Of a stretch of DNA of 64,000 nucleotides, positions 40,052 through 55,000 are shown in pieces. Both the position numbers and the translations under genes were made by a program. Origin of the DNA: Eledone cirrhosa (taxonomy: Eukaryota); assembly GCA_964016885.1 (NCBI GenBank), contig OZ024751.1:40734001-40798000 (forward strand), in the 5' to 3' direction. Position 1 is the first letter of the stretch, and each line of letters begins with the position of its first letter. The notes beneath the pieces are model-generated. The model did no database searches. It had not been told where the DNA came from and saw nothing but the letters and a program-made list of their open reading frames with translations.

Positions 40052-40299
40052 GTCACAAGTGATTGTACTTCTTAACGACTGAACGTCATAACTATTTTAA
40101 ATATCTGAGCTTATCTCAGGAGGAATATCAGACGAGGAAATGGTAAAATGCTTTCAACTCATGAATTTTCATTTTTCTTTCTTGAGTGAAACAGGAAGAA
40201 TTATTAAAATAGATTTAAGGATGGAGAATCTAATAAAAATTATAACAATCAACTAAGTGAGAGATTCAACTTGAACTACAGTCGTCCTTATTAATTTAT

Positions 40300-40521
40300 T
40301 AATGGCTTCTGATTTAGGTACAATGCCAACTATATAGTAGGGCGAGGGGTAAGTCAATAAAATCAACCCCAGTGTGTTACTGGTACTTTATTTTATCGAC
40401 CTCGTAAGAATGAAAGGCAAAGCTAACCATGGCAGGATTTGAACACAGAAAGTAAATGGCTGTAACTCTATGTCGCAAAGCATGGTGTCCGACGCTCTAC
40501 CGATACTGCCAATACACCACC
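40300..40521 (-). mobile_element. SINE family A
   Basis: Diverged reverse-complement copy of the consensus. Confidence 0.85.
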
Positions 40522-41604
40522 TTAATTAATTTACTGATAAATAACCTTCTCAATTGATTTATCTGTAAATCAATGACATCACTATCTCCAGTCTAGGGGG
40601 AGGAATGTGAAAACCATGGACATCAATCTTTCTTGTTAAAGCCACGGGTTTTGCTTCTTCATCTTCACCTATCAGACATCAATCACTATGTCTCTTCCTC
40701 CAGACCTACCAGACACCCCTTTCTTGTTTCAGAGGGCCTGGTAAAGCCACAGATATTGATTCTTCTTTCAGAGGGATCAGACATCAATCACTAGTGTCTG
40801 GAAGGCGTATGGAAGTCTCGTAAGTATAAATCTTTACAGTCTCGGGAAGGCCCTTGAGGGCCACGGACATTGTTCCTTCCTTCAGGCCGAGAAGGTATCA
40901 ATCTTTACAATCTCAGCATGGGATGTGAAGGTCATGGGCACTGCCCTTTCCCCACAAACTTTCGAGGCATCAAACTCCAGTGACGAATGGGCCCGGCCCG
41001 CGTGGACCATGGACACTATCCCATCCTTCAAAACTATCAAGTAAAACAAAATGACTAACATATTAATGCTGTACAAATTTAACAGATAACAGCTTAAAAG
41101 GTTTCATTCATCCATTTCACTTAACCGAAAGAATCGTAACAATTGGCGTCGATTCAATCGATATAGCGGGGTTTCTTCAAACACCAAAGGCTTTTAAAGT
41201 TTTTGTGCATCAAGTCTCCTTAGATAAAACTGGAAACAAACGAAAATCTTTCAAGTAAACTGATATGGAATGAGGGGATTTTTTTTTTATTTCACCGGAT
41301 TTCCGTCCTATTTCAAAAACCTAGGTTGACACCGGTGATATGAGTGTTAAGTATTGAATGCACCGCTTTAGTACATTACAACGTTAAATGAAATGACATT
41401 TAGTCTCTGCAATATAAAGGGATAATGCTTACTTAGTGGCTGCAAACTGCAATCACAATAAGAATGATCTGACTTCTGAGATAACGTTTATAAACATACA
41501 TACACACACACACACATGTATATATACATTATATATATACACACACACACACACATATACACACATATATACATGCATATGTATATACATACACGTATAT
41601 ATAT

Positions 41605-41704
<100 letters not shown>

Positions 41705-41983
41705 ACACATACTATATGTATGTATTCATCTATCTATCTATATATGTATCTATTTCATTATTGGCCGGAATTCTATCGTGTTGTCTCGTCTTGGTAAATA
41801 ATTTAAACAAGAATAAGATGCAGTGACGCACCCAAGACATTCTCTGACCTATTTCTTATGTTATACGATCTCATTGAAATATTCCAAACACAGTATCTAA
41901 GAGGAAATATATAATATATTGTGATTTGCTGCTACATTTTACACTGGTTATAGAGAAAGGAAGCTCTGGCTTACACATTAAAG

Positions 41984-42380
41984 CAGTCATGGGCAAACTA
42001 CGAACCCGTTTAGCTTTCTGAATATCACGCCTAATTTCAAAATTGCCTTGAAATTTTTAGTAGTGCAGCTTGCCTTATGATAAGCCACATCTTATGCGGC
42101 CCGCCTTATGATAAGCCACATCTTATGCGGTCCGCCTTATGATAAGCCCATCTTATGCGGCTCGCCTTATGATAAGCCACATCTTATTCGGCTCGTCTTA
42201 TGATAAACCACATCTTATGATAAGCCACATCTTATGATAAGCCACATCTTATGCGGCGCGCCTTATGATAAGCCACATATTATGCGGCTCGCCTTATGAT
42301 AAGCCACATCTTATGCGGCCCGCCTTGTGATGAGCCACATCCTATGCGGCCAACTGTTCGAAAAGTGTTGCCCATGTCTG
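41984..42380. mobile_element. hAT-like MITE carrying a 31-bp minisatellite
   Basis: Termini cagtcatgggcaa / ttgcccatgtctg; flanks cattaaag / cattagtt resemble a decayed 8-bp TSD; internal unit gccttatgataagccacatcttatgcggccc x~9. Confidence 0.65.
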
Positions 42381-42894
42381 CATTAGTTTAATAGTTTACA
42401 AAACTAACTAAATAGTCGAATATTCGTAAACGTTATTTTCTCATCAACCCCTAGCGTCTGCTGGTGAAGTGGTAGTGATGTCGTAGTGACATACAGCGTG
42501 TCTTGGGTAGTTTTTAACCTGACAGAAGCCCATTCCTCTCTTCAGGTCTGAACACAACCGATTTCTGAGAGAGAGAGCGAGAGAGAGCGAGGGAGAGAGA
42601 GGGAGAGGACGAATCAGTACTAGACTGGTACTTTACTGTAAATAAAGTACCAGTACTAGACCGGTACTTTATTTTATTAGAAAGGATGTAAGGCAAAGTT
42701 GACCTCACCAAAATTTGATCTCAGAGCGTCGAGAGCCGGATCAAACACCGGAGAGCGTTCTTTCTGAAGTTCTAACGACTCTGCTAATTAGTCGCCTGTA
42801 ATGAGTTAATTAATGTAATCTACACTATTTGAATTCATTAAGAAAGAATTGAAAGGATTTACTTAAATGATTATTTCATTAAGATGAGGGAGAT

Positions 42895-43260
42895 GGATTG
42901 GTAGAGCCGGACAGATGCATGGCTGTATGTTGTCTGGTTATTGGGAGAGTTGGACAGATACATGGCAGTCGTCTGGTTATTGGTAGAGTTGGACAGATGG
43001 ATGGCAGTCGTCTGGTTATTGGTAGAGTTGGACAGATGACAGATACATGGCAGTCGTCTGGTTATTGGGAGAGTTGGACAGATGGATGGCAGTCGTCTGG
43101 TTATTGGGAGAGTTGGACAGATGACAGATACATGGCAGTCGTCTGGTTATTGGGAGAGTTGGACACATACATGGCAGTCGTCTGGTTATTGGGAGAGTTG
43201 GACAGATGGATGGCAGTCGTCTGGTTATTGGGAGAGTCGGACAGATACATGGCTGTATGT
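42895..43260. repeat. ~38-46-bp minisatellite (atggcagtcgtctggttattgggagagttggacaga)
   Basis: About 8 units visible. Confidence 0.92.
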
Positions 43261-43969
43261 CGTCAAATCCCACTGTCTGTGTTAAAATCCCACTTTCGAG
43301 GTCAATGAAATAAAGTACCTCTACCCCTCCTTCTCTTTCTCTATCTCTCCCCTTTTTCGCTTTCATCGACTTTCCCTTTCCCCTAAATGATTGACCTCAT
43401 GTCTAAAGTAGAAATGACACTATGACACTGTAACTTAACAAAAGTTCTTATATCAAATTATGTAGAAAGATTTTAATTGAAATAGGGACCAGTTAAAATA
43501 TATTATATTTTTTCTTTATAAATCGAGGGACGGTTTTGGGTGGGTTAGTATTACAAAGTTTAACAAAGCCAACGATTTATTTAATTGTGTTAGTGTTTAT
43601 GTCCTGTAAGTTAACAGTTCGACAAAGAGAGATCGATTAAATAAGTAATAAGTAATTGAAAAGAAAATAGTATTGTGGTCGATATAAAACCAATATATAA
43701 TCGACTAAATTCCTTTAATGTGGTGCCCCAGCATGGCCTCAATGAAATGATTGAAACCAATAAAAGAATAAAAGAAGGAATTTCAATTATTACTTTCAGT
43801 TTGTTTGTGATTTTTTTGATGCGGGATGATAACAAAATGGCGGCATCGCAGTTGTTCAGTTTTGCCGGAAGGAATAAAACATTAACAAGGCTGAAACTGT
43901 TGTCAAACTTTCTCCTTGACACTAATTAAAGGATCGTTATAATCCCCTGTATAGTTCAGAGGTAAACAT

Positions 43970-44022
<53 letters not shown>

Positions 44023-44047
44023 CTTTCTCTCTGTCTCATTCACACAT

Positions 44048-44082
<35 letters not shown>

Positions 44083-44352
44083 CATACACACACATACATA
44101 TACACACGCATATATACTCACATAAACTTGACTGTCACCACTGAATATGAACCTGAAGATTGCGAACGCATGAAAGTACTTGTTCAATTAACACTTAACA
44201 TTTAATATTCTACCATACTATTTCATTATAATATCATTATAATTTTAAAGGATTGTAAATAAAACGAGTAAATCAGACAAAGTTGGAATTCCTTTTATTA
44301 ATATAATCTTCTATACACAATCATACACATCCGTGTATATTTATATATATAT

Positions 44353-44385
<33 letters not shown>

Positions 44386-44420
44386 ATATAAAATCCAAAA
44401 ATGGTTAAAAGAGTTCCAAG

Positions 44421-44491
44421 TATTTTATTATGCGCATTTCAAAAACAAATATCATCATGAGATGATATCTGCGTTTTCATCAGATAAAATA
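44421..44491 (-). ncRNA. Minimal type I hammerhead inside a fold-back insertion (44385-44696)
   Basis: Minus: tattttat-CTGATGA-aaacgcagatatcatc..gatgatatttgttttt-GAAA-tgcgca-TA-ataaaata; the plus-strand mirror copy at 44590-44658 has lost the G of GAAA. Confidence 0.75.
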
Positions 44492-44858
44492 GGGATACAT
44501 GAATAGTGAAGTTTTAAATCAACATATGATATGTTGATTTAAAACTTCACTATTCACAAGTGTTTTTTAACCTTCATATCATGTATCCCTATTTTATCTG
44601 ATGAAAACGCAGATGATCTCATGATGATATTTGTTTTTAAAATGCGCATAATAAAATACTTGGAACTCTTTTAACCATTTTTTGATCTTATATTATTTAT
44701 ACTCCAGTCCTACAAACTGTAGAGTGCTACTTATCCGATATTTGCATTGCTTTATTGTACTACAATAAAACTCACCTCCTACATATATATATAAATATAT
44801 AAAATAAACAACCCATAAACAACGTCTATATACACACACATATATACTCACACACACA

Positions 44859-44918
<60 letters not shown>

Positions 44919-44991
44919 GTATATATACATATATATAAGAAACAGCCCATAAATAACCTTAGTATACACGAAAACAACTCTCACTCTCTCT

Positions 44992-45061
<70 letters not shown>

Positions 45062-45065
45062 TCAA

Positions 45066-45287
45066 GGTTATAATGAGTGTATCTACAGCTATAAAATGTC
45101 AGTAGTTAAATCTCTTTTGTGATAAATCTTTAAATTTTCATCCGCCAAAAAAAAACTTTCAATAATATCATACGTGTTGCAAAAACATTATTAATTATTC
45201 ATATTCAAATATATTAAGAGACCGTATTATAGGAGAGATACAACAGCACTCAATATAAACACACACAATCCACACACACACACACAC

Positions 45288-45332
<45 letters not shown>

Positions 45333-45960
45333 CGCACTACATGAACCAGTAGCAGGTACAGAATGGATGAACGGATCATTGGGAATAATTTATAAAACAG
45401 AATACATGTATCATGCTTAACCCGAAATTAGCAGCAAAAATATATTACATAAACACCAGAACGAAAATTCTTACAATGAAAACATAAACCTAAAAAAAAA
45501 ACCCACAAAACTTATTTCAGATGGTTAACGTAAACCAATGAGAAATTTCAATGTAAACATGAAAGATGTAAACTTCACAACATAAACCGTTACGTCAGAT
45601 AGAAAGGTACAACACTTTCTCATTGTTTGAGTAAATATTTACAAGATGACATTACAGCAGATTATAATACAGAATACAAAACAAAACTGGATCGAGAAAA
45701 CATTAGTTGACAATACTAGCATCTTATATAGTTTCATGCAATCTAGAAGATTAATTATAAAATTCAAACTAAAAAAAAAAATCAACACAGATGCAATCCT
45801 TGGACGTTAAGTGTTTAAACATGTCCAATCTGGTGATGACAGTCATATCTGTTACATCTTCATCCCTAGGACACCCTGCTGCTTACTAGAAAATACAACT
45901 AAAACGTCACTACCATTGTTTCATTAAGATGTAACCAAGGAGTTGTTGAAACGTAGAAAC
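45066..45960 (+). mobile_element. Second, very decayed Penelope-like remnant
   Basis: cagctataaaatgtcagtagttaaatc matches tagctacaaaatgtcagtggtaaaatc at ~5135 in the first remnant; A-rich coding-like composition. Confidence 0.4.
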
Positions 45961-47329
45961 ATCATGGCTCTAAACTAACCTGATAGATAGATAGATAAAT
46001 ATAGAAAGAGAGAGAGAGAGAGAGAGAGAAGGAGAGAGAGAGGGAGAGCGAGAGGAAGTGAGAAAGAGATATAGAGGAAGAATGTACCCCAGTACTTGAA
46101 CGGGTATTTTTTTTTATCGATCTCGGCGGGATTTGAACTGAGAAGTACGTTAATTACGTGGGCATGCTGTTCAGTTGATGGAAACAGCTGGAACAGTGAT
46201 CGTCGGAAGTGACGGAGGTCCAACTCCCAGAACTTGTCTTATAGACAGTGCGATGAGGAAAGTTAAGTCAGTTCTAGCTAGGATGGAATATAGAGTTGAT
46301 CACAGAACGTAAAATGACGTCAGCAATGACATCATGATATATACACAGGTACTCGACTTATCCTACATACACATACATCATACACACACACACACACACA
46401 CACAGAGACACAGACACACACATATATATATATATACACACATATATACATATATATATACATATATATACACACATATATACATACACACACATACATA
46501 CACACACATACATACACACACACATACATATATGTGCTTATATACACACACATATATACACTTACATATGCACATATAAACAAACGGTTGACTTAAGAAG
46601 CATTGGGAAAATTTGAAGTGTAGTTGCCCTAACGTAAATGACTACAATAATATTCGATCACTAAAGAGAACATCGGTTAAAAAGGACCTGGAGACGAAAG
46701 GAAAGGGTCCAAGGGTACTTTACCAAATTTCCTCAACTATTATTCCTTAGGGAACAACTATTATTATGGTCGTTTGCGTTGGGGACCGCACTTAAAAAAA
46801 AAGTACTCAATACGTTAGTACAATATAAGCATATATATTTTATTTTAGAAATGACTTCTACAGGACGAGTACTGTTTCATTCGTCAGAAATCATCATTCG
46901 TATGATTTTATACGAATGAAACAGTTCTAGACCTGTTGGAGTGATTTCTATAATATATTATTTTTATATACACACGTATATATAAATTCATATACATATA
47001 TTTATATGCATATATACATATATTTATATACACACATATTTATATACACATATATTTATACACACATATTTATATACACATATTTATATACACATATTTT
47101 TACACATATATTTATATACACATTTTTATATACACACATTTTTATATACACATATTTATATACACACATATTTATACACATATTTATATACACTCATATT
47201 TATACACACATATTTATACACACATATTTATATACACATATTTATATATATACATATATTTATACACGCTATATATATATTTGCATGGTGACACAAGCAC
47301 ATATATGGAAACACACTTGTGTAAACACT

Positions 47330-47760
47330 CACCGCCGTCCCCTCTTTACACACACGCGCACACACACACACGTCGTCCCCTCTTTACACACAGACACACA
47401 CACAAACGTCGTCCCCTCCTTATACACACACACACAAACGTCGTCCCCTCCTTATACACGCAGACACACACACAGACACACATACACACACACACACACA
47501 AACGTCGTCACCTCCTTATACACGCAGACACACACACAGACACACATACACACACACAGACATCGTCCCCTCCTTATACACGCAGACACACACGCAGACT
47601 CACATACACACACACAAACGTCGTCCCCTCCTTACACACAGACACACACACACACACAAACGTCGTCCCTCCTTATACACACACAGAAACAAACGTCGCC
47701 CCTCATACACACACATATACACATACACACAAACGCCGCCTCCTTATACACACAGACACA
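47330..47760. repeat. Compound minisatellite: cgtcgtcccctccttatac + (CA)n
   Basis: About 10 units visible. Confidence 0.85.
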
Positions 47761-47937
47761 TATATATATACAGTGTAAATACATATACACACAGTGTAAA
47801 TACATATCAGCTGGTAGTGTAGGTGACATCAACACCAGCTCTGCTACCAGTTAGGATTCGAACTCAGAACCTGGAATGGTTTAATCAATATGGTCACAGT
47901 ATTCCGTCCGGCGTCTTACCGAGTCTGCCATGTATCG

Positions 47938-47984
<47 letters not shown>

Positions 47985-47987
47985 AAA

Positions 47988-48052
<65 letters not shown>

Positions 48053-48936
48053 ACACACAGACACACATAGACACACAGACACACACACATACAGAGACAC
48101 ACATAGACACACACACACACATACACACACACACACAGACACACACATCCACACATCCACACACACACACACATCCACACACACACACAGACACACACAG
48201 ACACACAGAAACACACACAGACACACACACACAGACACACAGACACACACAGACGCACAGACACACACAGACACACACACACGCACACACATACACACAC
48301 ACACATAGACACACATACATACACACACAGGCCCACAGACACACACACACACACACACTGAGACACACACACACACACAGACACACAGACACACACAGAG
48401 ATACACACAGAGACACACACTGACACACACAGACACACACATCCACACATACACACACAGAGATACACACAGAGACACACACAGAGACACACACAGAGAC
48501 ACACAGACACACACATCCACACATACACACACACACACACACATACATCTATACACACACACACACACACACACACACGTGCCAGTAGTGAGGTGTATGT
48601 AGACCCAGCTATATAACGTGTGTATTATTTCCATTACAGCCTCATATGAAATATATATTGCTAATGTGCTGAAACTGTTTATTCAGCAACATTTAGTAAA
48701 ATTTCAAGTTTCACATAACGCACAGACTAGGTTAGAGGTGGTCGTAAATCTACTAACACGCCTGCGTCTTATACGGTGATAGCAAATAAACAAACAAGCA
48801 AATAAATGATAATAATTGTTTCTACTTTTGGCACAAGGCCAGCAATTACCCCAGTGTATTACTGGTACTTTATTTTATCGACCCCCGTAAGGTTGACCGT
48901 TGGTTTTATATTTGCACACACACACACGCACACACA

Positions 48937-48967
<31 letters not shown>

Positions 48968-48981
48968 GCACACGCACACGC

Positions 48982-49034
<53 letters not shown>

Positions 49035-49089
49035 AAGAGAGAGAGGGAAATATAGTTATATAGACACATACATATCGGTTTATCTAGGC

Positions 49090-49890
49090 GGATGATGATG
49101 GTGTTGGTGGTGTCTGTGGTGGTGGTTGTGGTGGTGGTGGTGGTGGTGATGGTGGTGGTGGTGGTGGTGGTGGTGGTGGTGGCAGTGGTGATGGTGATGG
49201 TGGTTGTGGTGATGGTGGTTGTGGTGGTGGTGGTGGCAGTGGTGATGGTGGTGGTGGTGGTGGTGGTGGTGGTGGTGGTGGTGGCAGTGGTGATGGTGAT
49301 GGTGGTGGTGGTGGTGGCAGTGGTGATGGTGATGGTGGTGGTGGTGGTGGCAGTGGTGATGGTGATGGTGGTGGTGGTGGTGGTGGTGGTGGTGGTGGCA
49401 GTGGTGATGGTGATGGTGGTTGTGGTGATGGTGGTTGTGGTGGTGGTGGTGGTGGTGGTGGTGGTGGCAGTGGTGATGGTGATGGTGGTGGTGGTGGCAG
49501 TGGTGTCAGTGGTGTTAATGGTGGTGATGGTGTTGGTGTCGATGGTGGTGAGGGTGGTGGTAATGGTGGTGATGGTGGTGATGGTGGTGATGGTGGTAGT
49601 GTCGATGGTGGTGACGGTGTTGGTGATGGTGTCGATGGTGGTGATGGTGGTGGTAATGGTGGTGACGGTGGTGGTGGTGGTGATGGTGGTGATGGTGGTG
49701 GTGTCTCTGATGGTGGTGGTGGTGGTGGTGATGGTGGTGGTGTCTCTGATGGTGACAGTGGTGGTGATGGTGGTGATGGTGGTGGTGTCTCTGATGGTGG
49801 TGGTGGTGGTGGTGACAGTGGTGGTGATGGTGTTGGTGGTGGTGATGGTGAATGTGTTGGTGGTGGTGGTGGTGGTGGTGATGGTGGTGA
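49090..49890. repeat. Complex (GGT)n microsatellite
   Basis: Directly visible. Confidence 0.95.
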
Positions 49891-50091
49891 GAGCGCGCTT
49901 TTATTTACATACACGATTGTTTGTAAATATTACATCAGTACAGAGTGATATGGAGGTTAACTAATTTGGAAAATGGCTGGCGGTAACCCTGTGAAGGATG
50001 GGAGGGAGCGGAGGTTAAGATAACTTATCTGGGGGAAATGGTTGATGCTAGACCCCCGGGGGTGGGGATGGTTAGTGCAAAGTCCTGTAGT

Positions 50092-50741
50092 TAAACGGTT
50101 GGTGCAAGACCCTAGAAAAAGTGTGTGGGGTAAACGGTTGGTGCAAGACCCCAGAAATAGGGTGTGGGGTAAACGATTGGTGCAAGACCCCAGAAATGGG
50201 GTGTGGGGTAAACGGTTGGTGCAAGGCCCCAGAAATGGGGTGTGGGGTAAACGGTTGGTGCAAGACCCCAGAAATAGGGTGTGGGGTAAACGATTGGTGC
50301 AAGACCCCAGAAATGGGGTGTGGGGTAAACGGTTGGTGCAAGGCCCCAGAAATGGGGTGTGGGGTAAACGATTGGTGCAAGGCCGCAGAAATGGGGTGTG
50401 GGGTAAACGATTGGTGCAAGGCCCCACAAATGGGGTGTGGGGTAAACGGTTGGTGCAAGGCCGCAGAAATGGGGTGTGGGGTAAACGATTGGTGCAAGGC
50501 CGCAGAAATGGGGTGTGGGGTAAACGATTGGTGCAAGGCCCCAGAAATGGGGTGTGGGGTAAACGATTGGTGCAAGGCCGCAGAAATGGGGTGTGGGGTA
50601 AACGATTGGTGCAAGGCCCCAGAAATGGGGTGTGGGGTAAACGGTTGGTGCAAGGCCCCAGAAATGGGGTGTGGGGTAAACGATTGGTGCAAGGCCGCAG
50701 AAAAAGTGTGTGGGGTAAACGGTTGGTGCAAGGCCCCAGAG
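50092..50741. repeat. 39-bp G-rich minisatellite, ~16.5 units
   Basis: Unit aaacg(g/a)ttggtgcaag(a/g)cc(c/g)cagaaatggggtgtggggt. Confidence 0.97.
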
Positions 50742-51007
50742 GAAAAATATTTTGTGTAAGGCCACAGGATGGGAGTTAATGGATGATAGAAGAACCCATT
50801 CTTCCAGCCCTCAAAAAAAAAAAAATGAAAAAATTACTCTGTAATGTCTTGAGATCCTAACTTGCCTACACACATCAAGTGAAACTAGAGGGCGTACTTA
50901 GTTCATGAAAAACTTAGCTTTCACAACATCCTGTTTATTTATTATAACACACACATATATACCAACATATATACTTAACGTATATATCTATATATATATA
51001 TATATAT

Positions 51008-51058
51008 GAAGCCCTGATGATTTCTCCCGAATGAAACAGTTCTAGTCCTGTAGAAGCT
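51008..51058 (+). ncRNA. Type I hammerhead, family C (stem I partly degenerate)
   Basis: CTGATGA-tttc(tccc)gaat-GAAA-cag(ttctagtc)ctg-TA-gaagc. Confidence 0.7.
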
Positions 51059-51153
51059 TTTCTATATTAAATATTTATAATCTGCTTTTTATTGAGTACC
51101 TTACTTACTGTGGTTACCCCCGATTGAACCCGGGATAAACACACACACACACG

Positions 51154-51200
<47 letters not shown>

Positions 51201-51351
51201 CGCTGAGTTAAGGGTGAAAGCAGCGATTCTTTGCTCAAACTTTAATCAGTTATTTTAATAAATATTTGCTCTATAGTTTTATATATTTTGATATCGAGCC
51301 CCTCTTCGGATTTTAGTCTTCACATTTATTATTATTACTATATATATACAT

Positions 51352-51406
<55 letters not shown>

Positions 51407-52214
51407 TATATATATATATCAGGATTGAAATAGCATGATCTCAACCATCAAGCCCCAACTTTTTCTAATATATATATATAATGTAACTTACAAAATAATG
51501 ATAATACTTTTGGTTCAAGGCTAGCAATTTGAAGGGAAGGGGAAAGTTAAATATATCGACCCCAGTACTTAACTGGTACTTTATTTCATCGACACTTAAT
51601 GGAGGACAAGTAAAGTTGACCTCGGTAGGATTTGAACTCGGGGGTTGTAAATAACTGGAACAAATAAAGCGAAGGACTTTGTTGGATGCTCTAATGATTC
51701 TACCAAACTCTACTGTCCCTGATGGTTTCTAATTTAAGCACAAGGTCAAACATTTTGTCGGGAAGGAAAAATCGATTATATTGACCCCCCTCCCCCACGC
51801 CCCTAGTACTTCACTGATAGTTTATTTCACAAATCCCAGAAGTATGAAAGGCAAAGTTGACCTCGGTGGGATTAGAAATAAAACAATGACATAGAATAGA
51901 ATTAAGAGATATAATATGAGTGGTATGATTGTGACTGGATTGGGCACTTTGTCAGGCTGTATTAAGTTACGTTCTTATATACATCAGGTTCAAATTCCAC
52001 CAGGAGTGGACAATGTCCTTTAACCTTTCCACTCGAGGGGGAGGGGATTAGGGGTTGATGAAATAAAAACAAACAAACAAATAATAGTTAATTAGGTTCT
52101 GCAGTCATTATAATCAATGGTAGCACGTGCTACTCAAATTGATGTTGTTATTGTTTAGCATTCTTTTAATTTATTGAGAAAATGAAGGACACACATACAC
52201 ACACATTTGTGGCT

Positions 52215-53582
52215 GTTGTTTGTTGTAGTAAGAGTTGTTGTAAGTGTTGTTGTAGGAGTAGTTGTAGTTATAGTAAGTGTTGTAGTTGTAGGAGCAAGTG
52301 TTATTGTTGTAGGAGTAAATGTTGTAGTTGTAGGAGTAAGTGTTGTAGTTGTAGGAGTAAATGTTGTAGTTGTAGTAAGTGTTGTAGTTGTAGGAGTAAG
52401 TGTTGTAGTTGTAGTAAGTGTTGTAGTTGTAGGAGCAAGTGTTATTGTTGTAGGAGTAAATGTTGTAGTTGTAGGAGTAAGTGTTGTAGTTGTAGGAGTA
52501 AATGTTGTAGTTGTAGTAAGTGTTGTAGTTGTAGGAGTAAGTGTTGTAGTTGTAGGAGCAAGTGTTGTAGTTGTAGGAGTAAGTGTTGTAGTTGTAGTAA
52601 GTGTTGTAGTTGTAGGAGCAAGTGTTGTAGTTGTAGGAGTAAGTGTTGTAGTTGTAGGAGTAAGTGTTGTAGTTGTAGGAGTAAGTGTTGTAGTTGTAGG
52701 AGTAAGTGTTGTAGTTGTAGGAGTAAGTGTTGTAGTTGTAGGAGTAAGTGTTGTAGTTGTAGGAGTAAGTGTTGTAGTTGTAGGAGTAAGTGTTGTAGTT
52801 GTAGGAGCAAGTGTTGTAGTTGTAGGAGTAAGTGTTGTAGTTGTAGTAAGTGTTGTAGTTGTAGGAGTAAGTGTTATTGTTGTAGGAGTAAGTGTTGTAG
52901 TTGTAGGAGTAAGTGTTGTTGTTGTAGGAGTAAGTGTTGTTGTTATATGAGTAAGTGTTGTAGTTGTAGGAGCAAGTGTTGTTGTAGGAGTAAGTGTTGT
53001 TGTAGGAGTAAGTGTTGTAGTTGTAGGAGCAAGTGTTGTTGTAGGAGCAAATGTTGTAGTTGTAGTAAGTGTTGTAATTGTAAGTGTTGTAGTTGTAGGA
53101 GCAAGTGTTGTTGTTGTAGGAGTAAGTGTTGTTGTTATAGGAGTAAGTGTTGTAGTTGTAGGAGCAAGTGTTGTTGTAGGAGTAAGTGTTGTAGTTGTAG
53201 GAGCAAGTGTTGTTGTAGGAGCAAATGTTGTAGTTGTAGTAAGTGTTGTAATTGTAAGTGTTGTAGTTGTAGGAGCAAGTGTTGTTGTTGTAGGAGTAAG
53301 TGTTGTAGTTGTAGGAGCAAGTGTTATTGTAGGAGTAAGTGTTGTAGTTGTAGGAGCAAATGTTGTAGTTGAAGTAAGTGTTGTAGTTGTAGGAGCAAGT
53401 GTTGTAGTTGTAGGAGTAAGTGTTGTAGTTGTAGGAGTAAGTGTTGTAGTTGTAGTTGTAGGAGTAAGTGTTGTAGGAGTAAGTGTTGTAATAGTAAGTG
53501 TTGTAGTTGTAGGAGTAAGTGTTGTAGTAGTAAGTATTGTAGTTGTAGGAGTAAGTGTTGTAGTAGTAAGTGTTGTAGTTGC
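52215..53582. repeat. 18/21-bp minisatellite (gtaagtgttgtagttgtagga)
   Basis: Directly visible; open as a Thr/Pro-rich ORF on the minus strand. Confidence 0.95.
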
Positions 53583-54479
53583 TGGCACTCTTGCTCTAGT
53601 ATTCGGTCAAACAATAATCCGTACAATAATATGTTGTGTGACTGATGTAAAATATATAGAGAGAGGGAGGAAGAAATATTTGTGGGAGAGTGTGTGTGTG
53701 TGTGTGGGGGGGGGGGGGTTCTACACATGCACACACACATACATGCATGCAGACACACACACACGCACACACGCATATATATATATATAAATATATGCAG
53801 AGACGTATATATATATATATATATATATACATACATACATGCAGAGACAGATATGCACACACATATGCAGACACACACACATACACATATATACACCCAG
53901 ACACACATAAACGCAGAGACACATTTGCACACATATACACACGCAAGGGCACACATATGCATCCAAACAGACACAGAGACAAAGAGAGAGAGTCACACAT
54001 ACACACATGCACACAGAAACAAACGCACACACACAAACACATGCACTGCCACACACACACACATACGCAGAGAGAGGCATACACACACGTAAGCGCACAC
54101 ACAAACAGACATACGCTGACACACATACACAGAGGGACACACACACACATACGCAAAGACACAGTTACGCTAACACGCATACGCAAAGACACAGTTACGC
54201 TAACACGCACACACAAACACACATACGCTGACACACACACACACACACACATACGCTGACACACACACACACACATACGTTGACACCCACATACACTGAC
54301 ACACACACACACGTTGATACACACACACACACACATATACGCTGACACACACACACATACGTGGACACACACACACATACGTGAACACACACACACACAT
54401 ACGCTGACACACACATACGCAGAGAGACACATACACACACGTACACACGCATGCACACATATGCTGACACACACACACA

Positions 54480-55000
54480 CAGACGCTGACAGAAACACAC
54501 ATACGCTGACACACTCATACATACGGTGCCCCACTCACACATACTTTGCCTCACACGCACATACGCTGACACACACACTTACACACGCAGACACAAACAC
54601 ACATACGCTGACACACTCATACATACGGTGCCCCACTCACACATACTTTGCCTCACACGCACATACGCTGACACACACACTTACACACGCAGACACAAAC
54701 ACACATACGCTGACACACTCATACATACGGTGCCCCCACTCACACATACTTTGCCTCACACGCGCATACGCTGACACACACACATACACACGCTGACACA
54801 AACACACATACGCTGACACACACATACATACGGTGCCCCACTCACACATACTTTGCCTCACACGCGCATACGCTGACACACACACATACACACGCTGACA
54901 CAAACACACATACGCTGACACACTCATACATACGGTGCCCCACTCACACATACTTTGCCTCTCACGCACATACGCTGACACACACACATACACACATACG
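54480..55000. repeat. ~102-bp CA-rich tandem repeat, ~5 units
   Basis: catacggtgccccactcacacatactttgcctc recurs five times. Confidence 0.9.
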
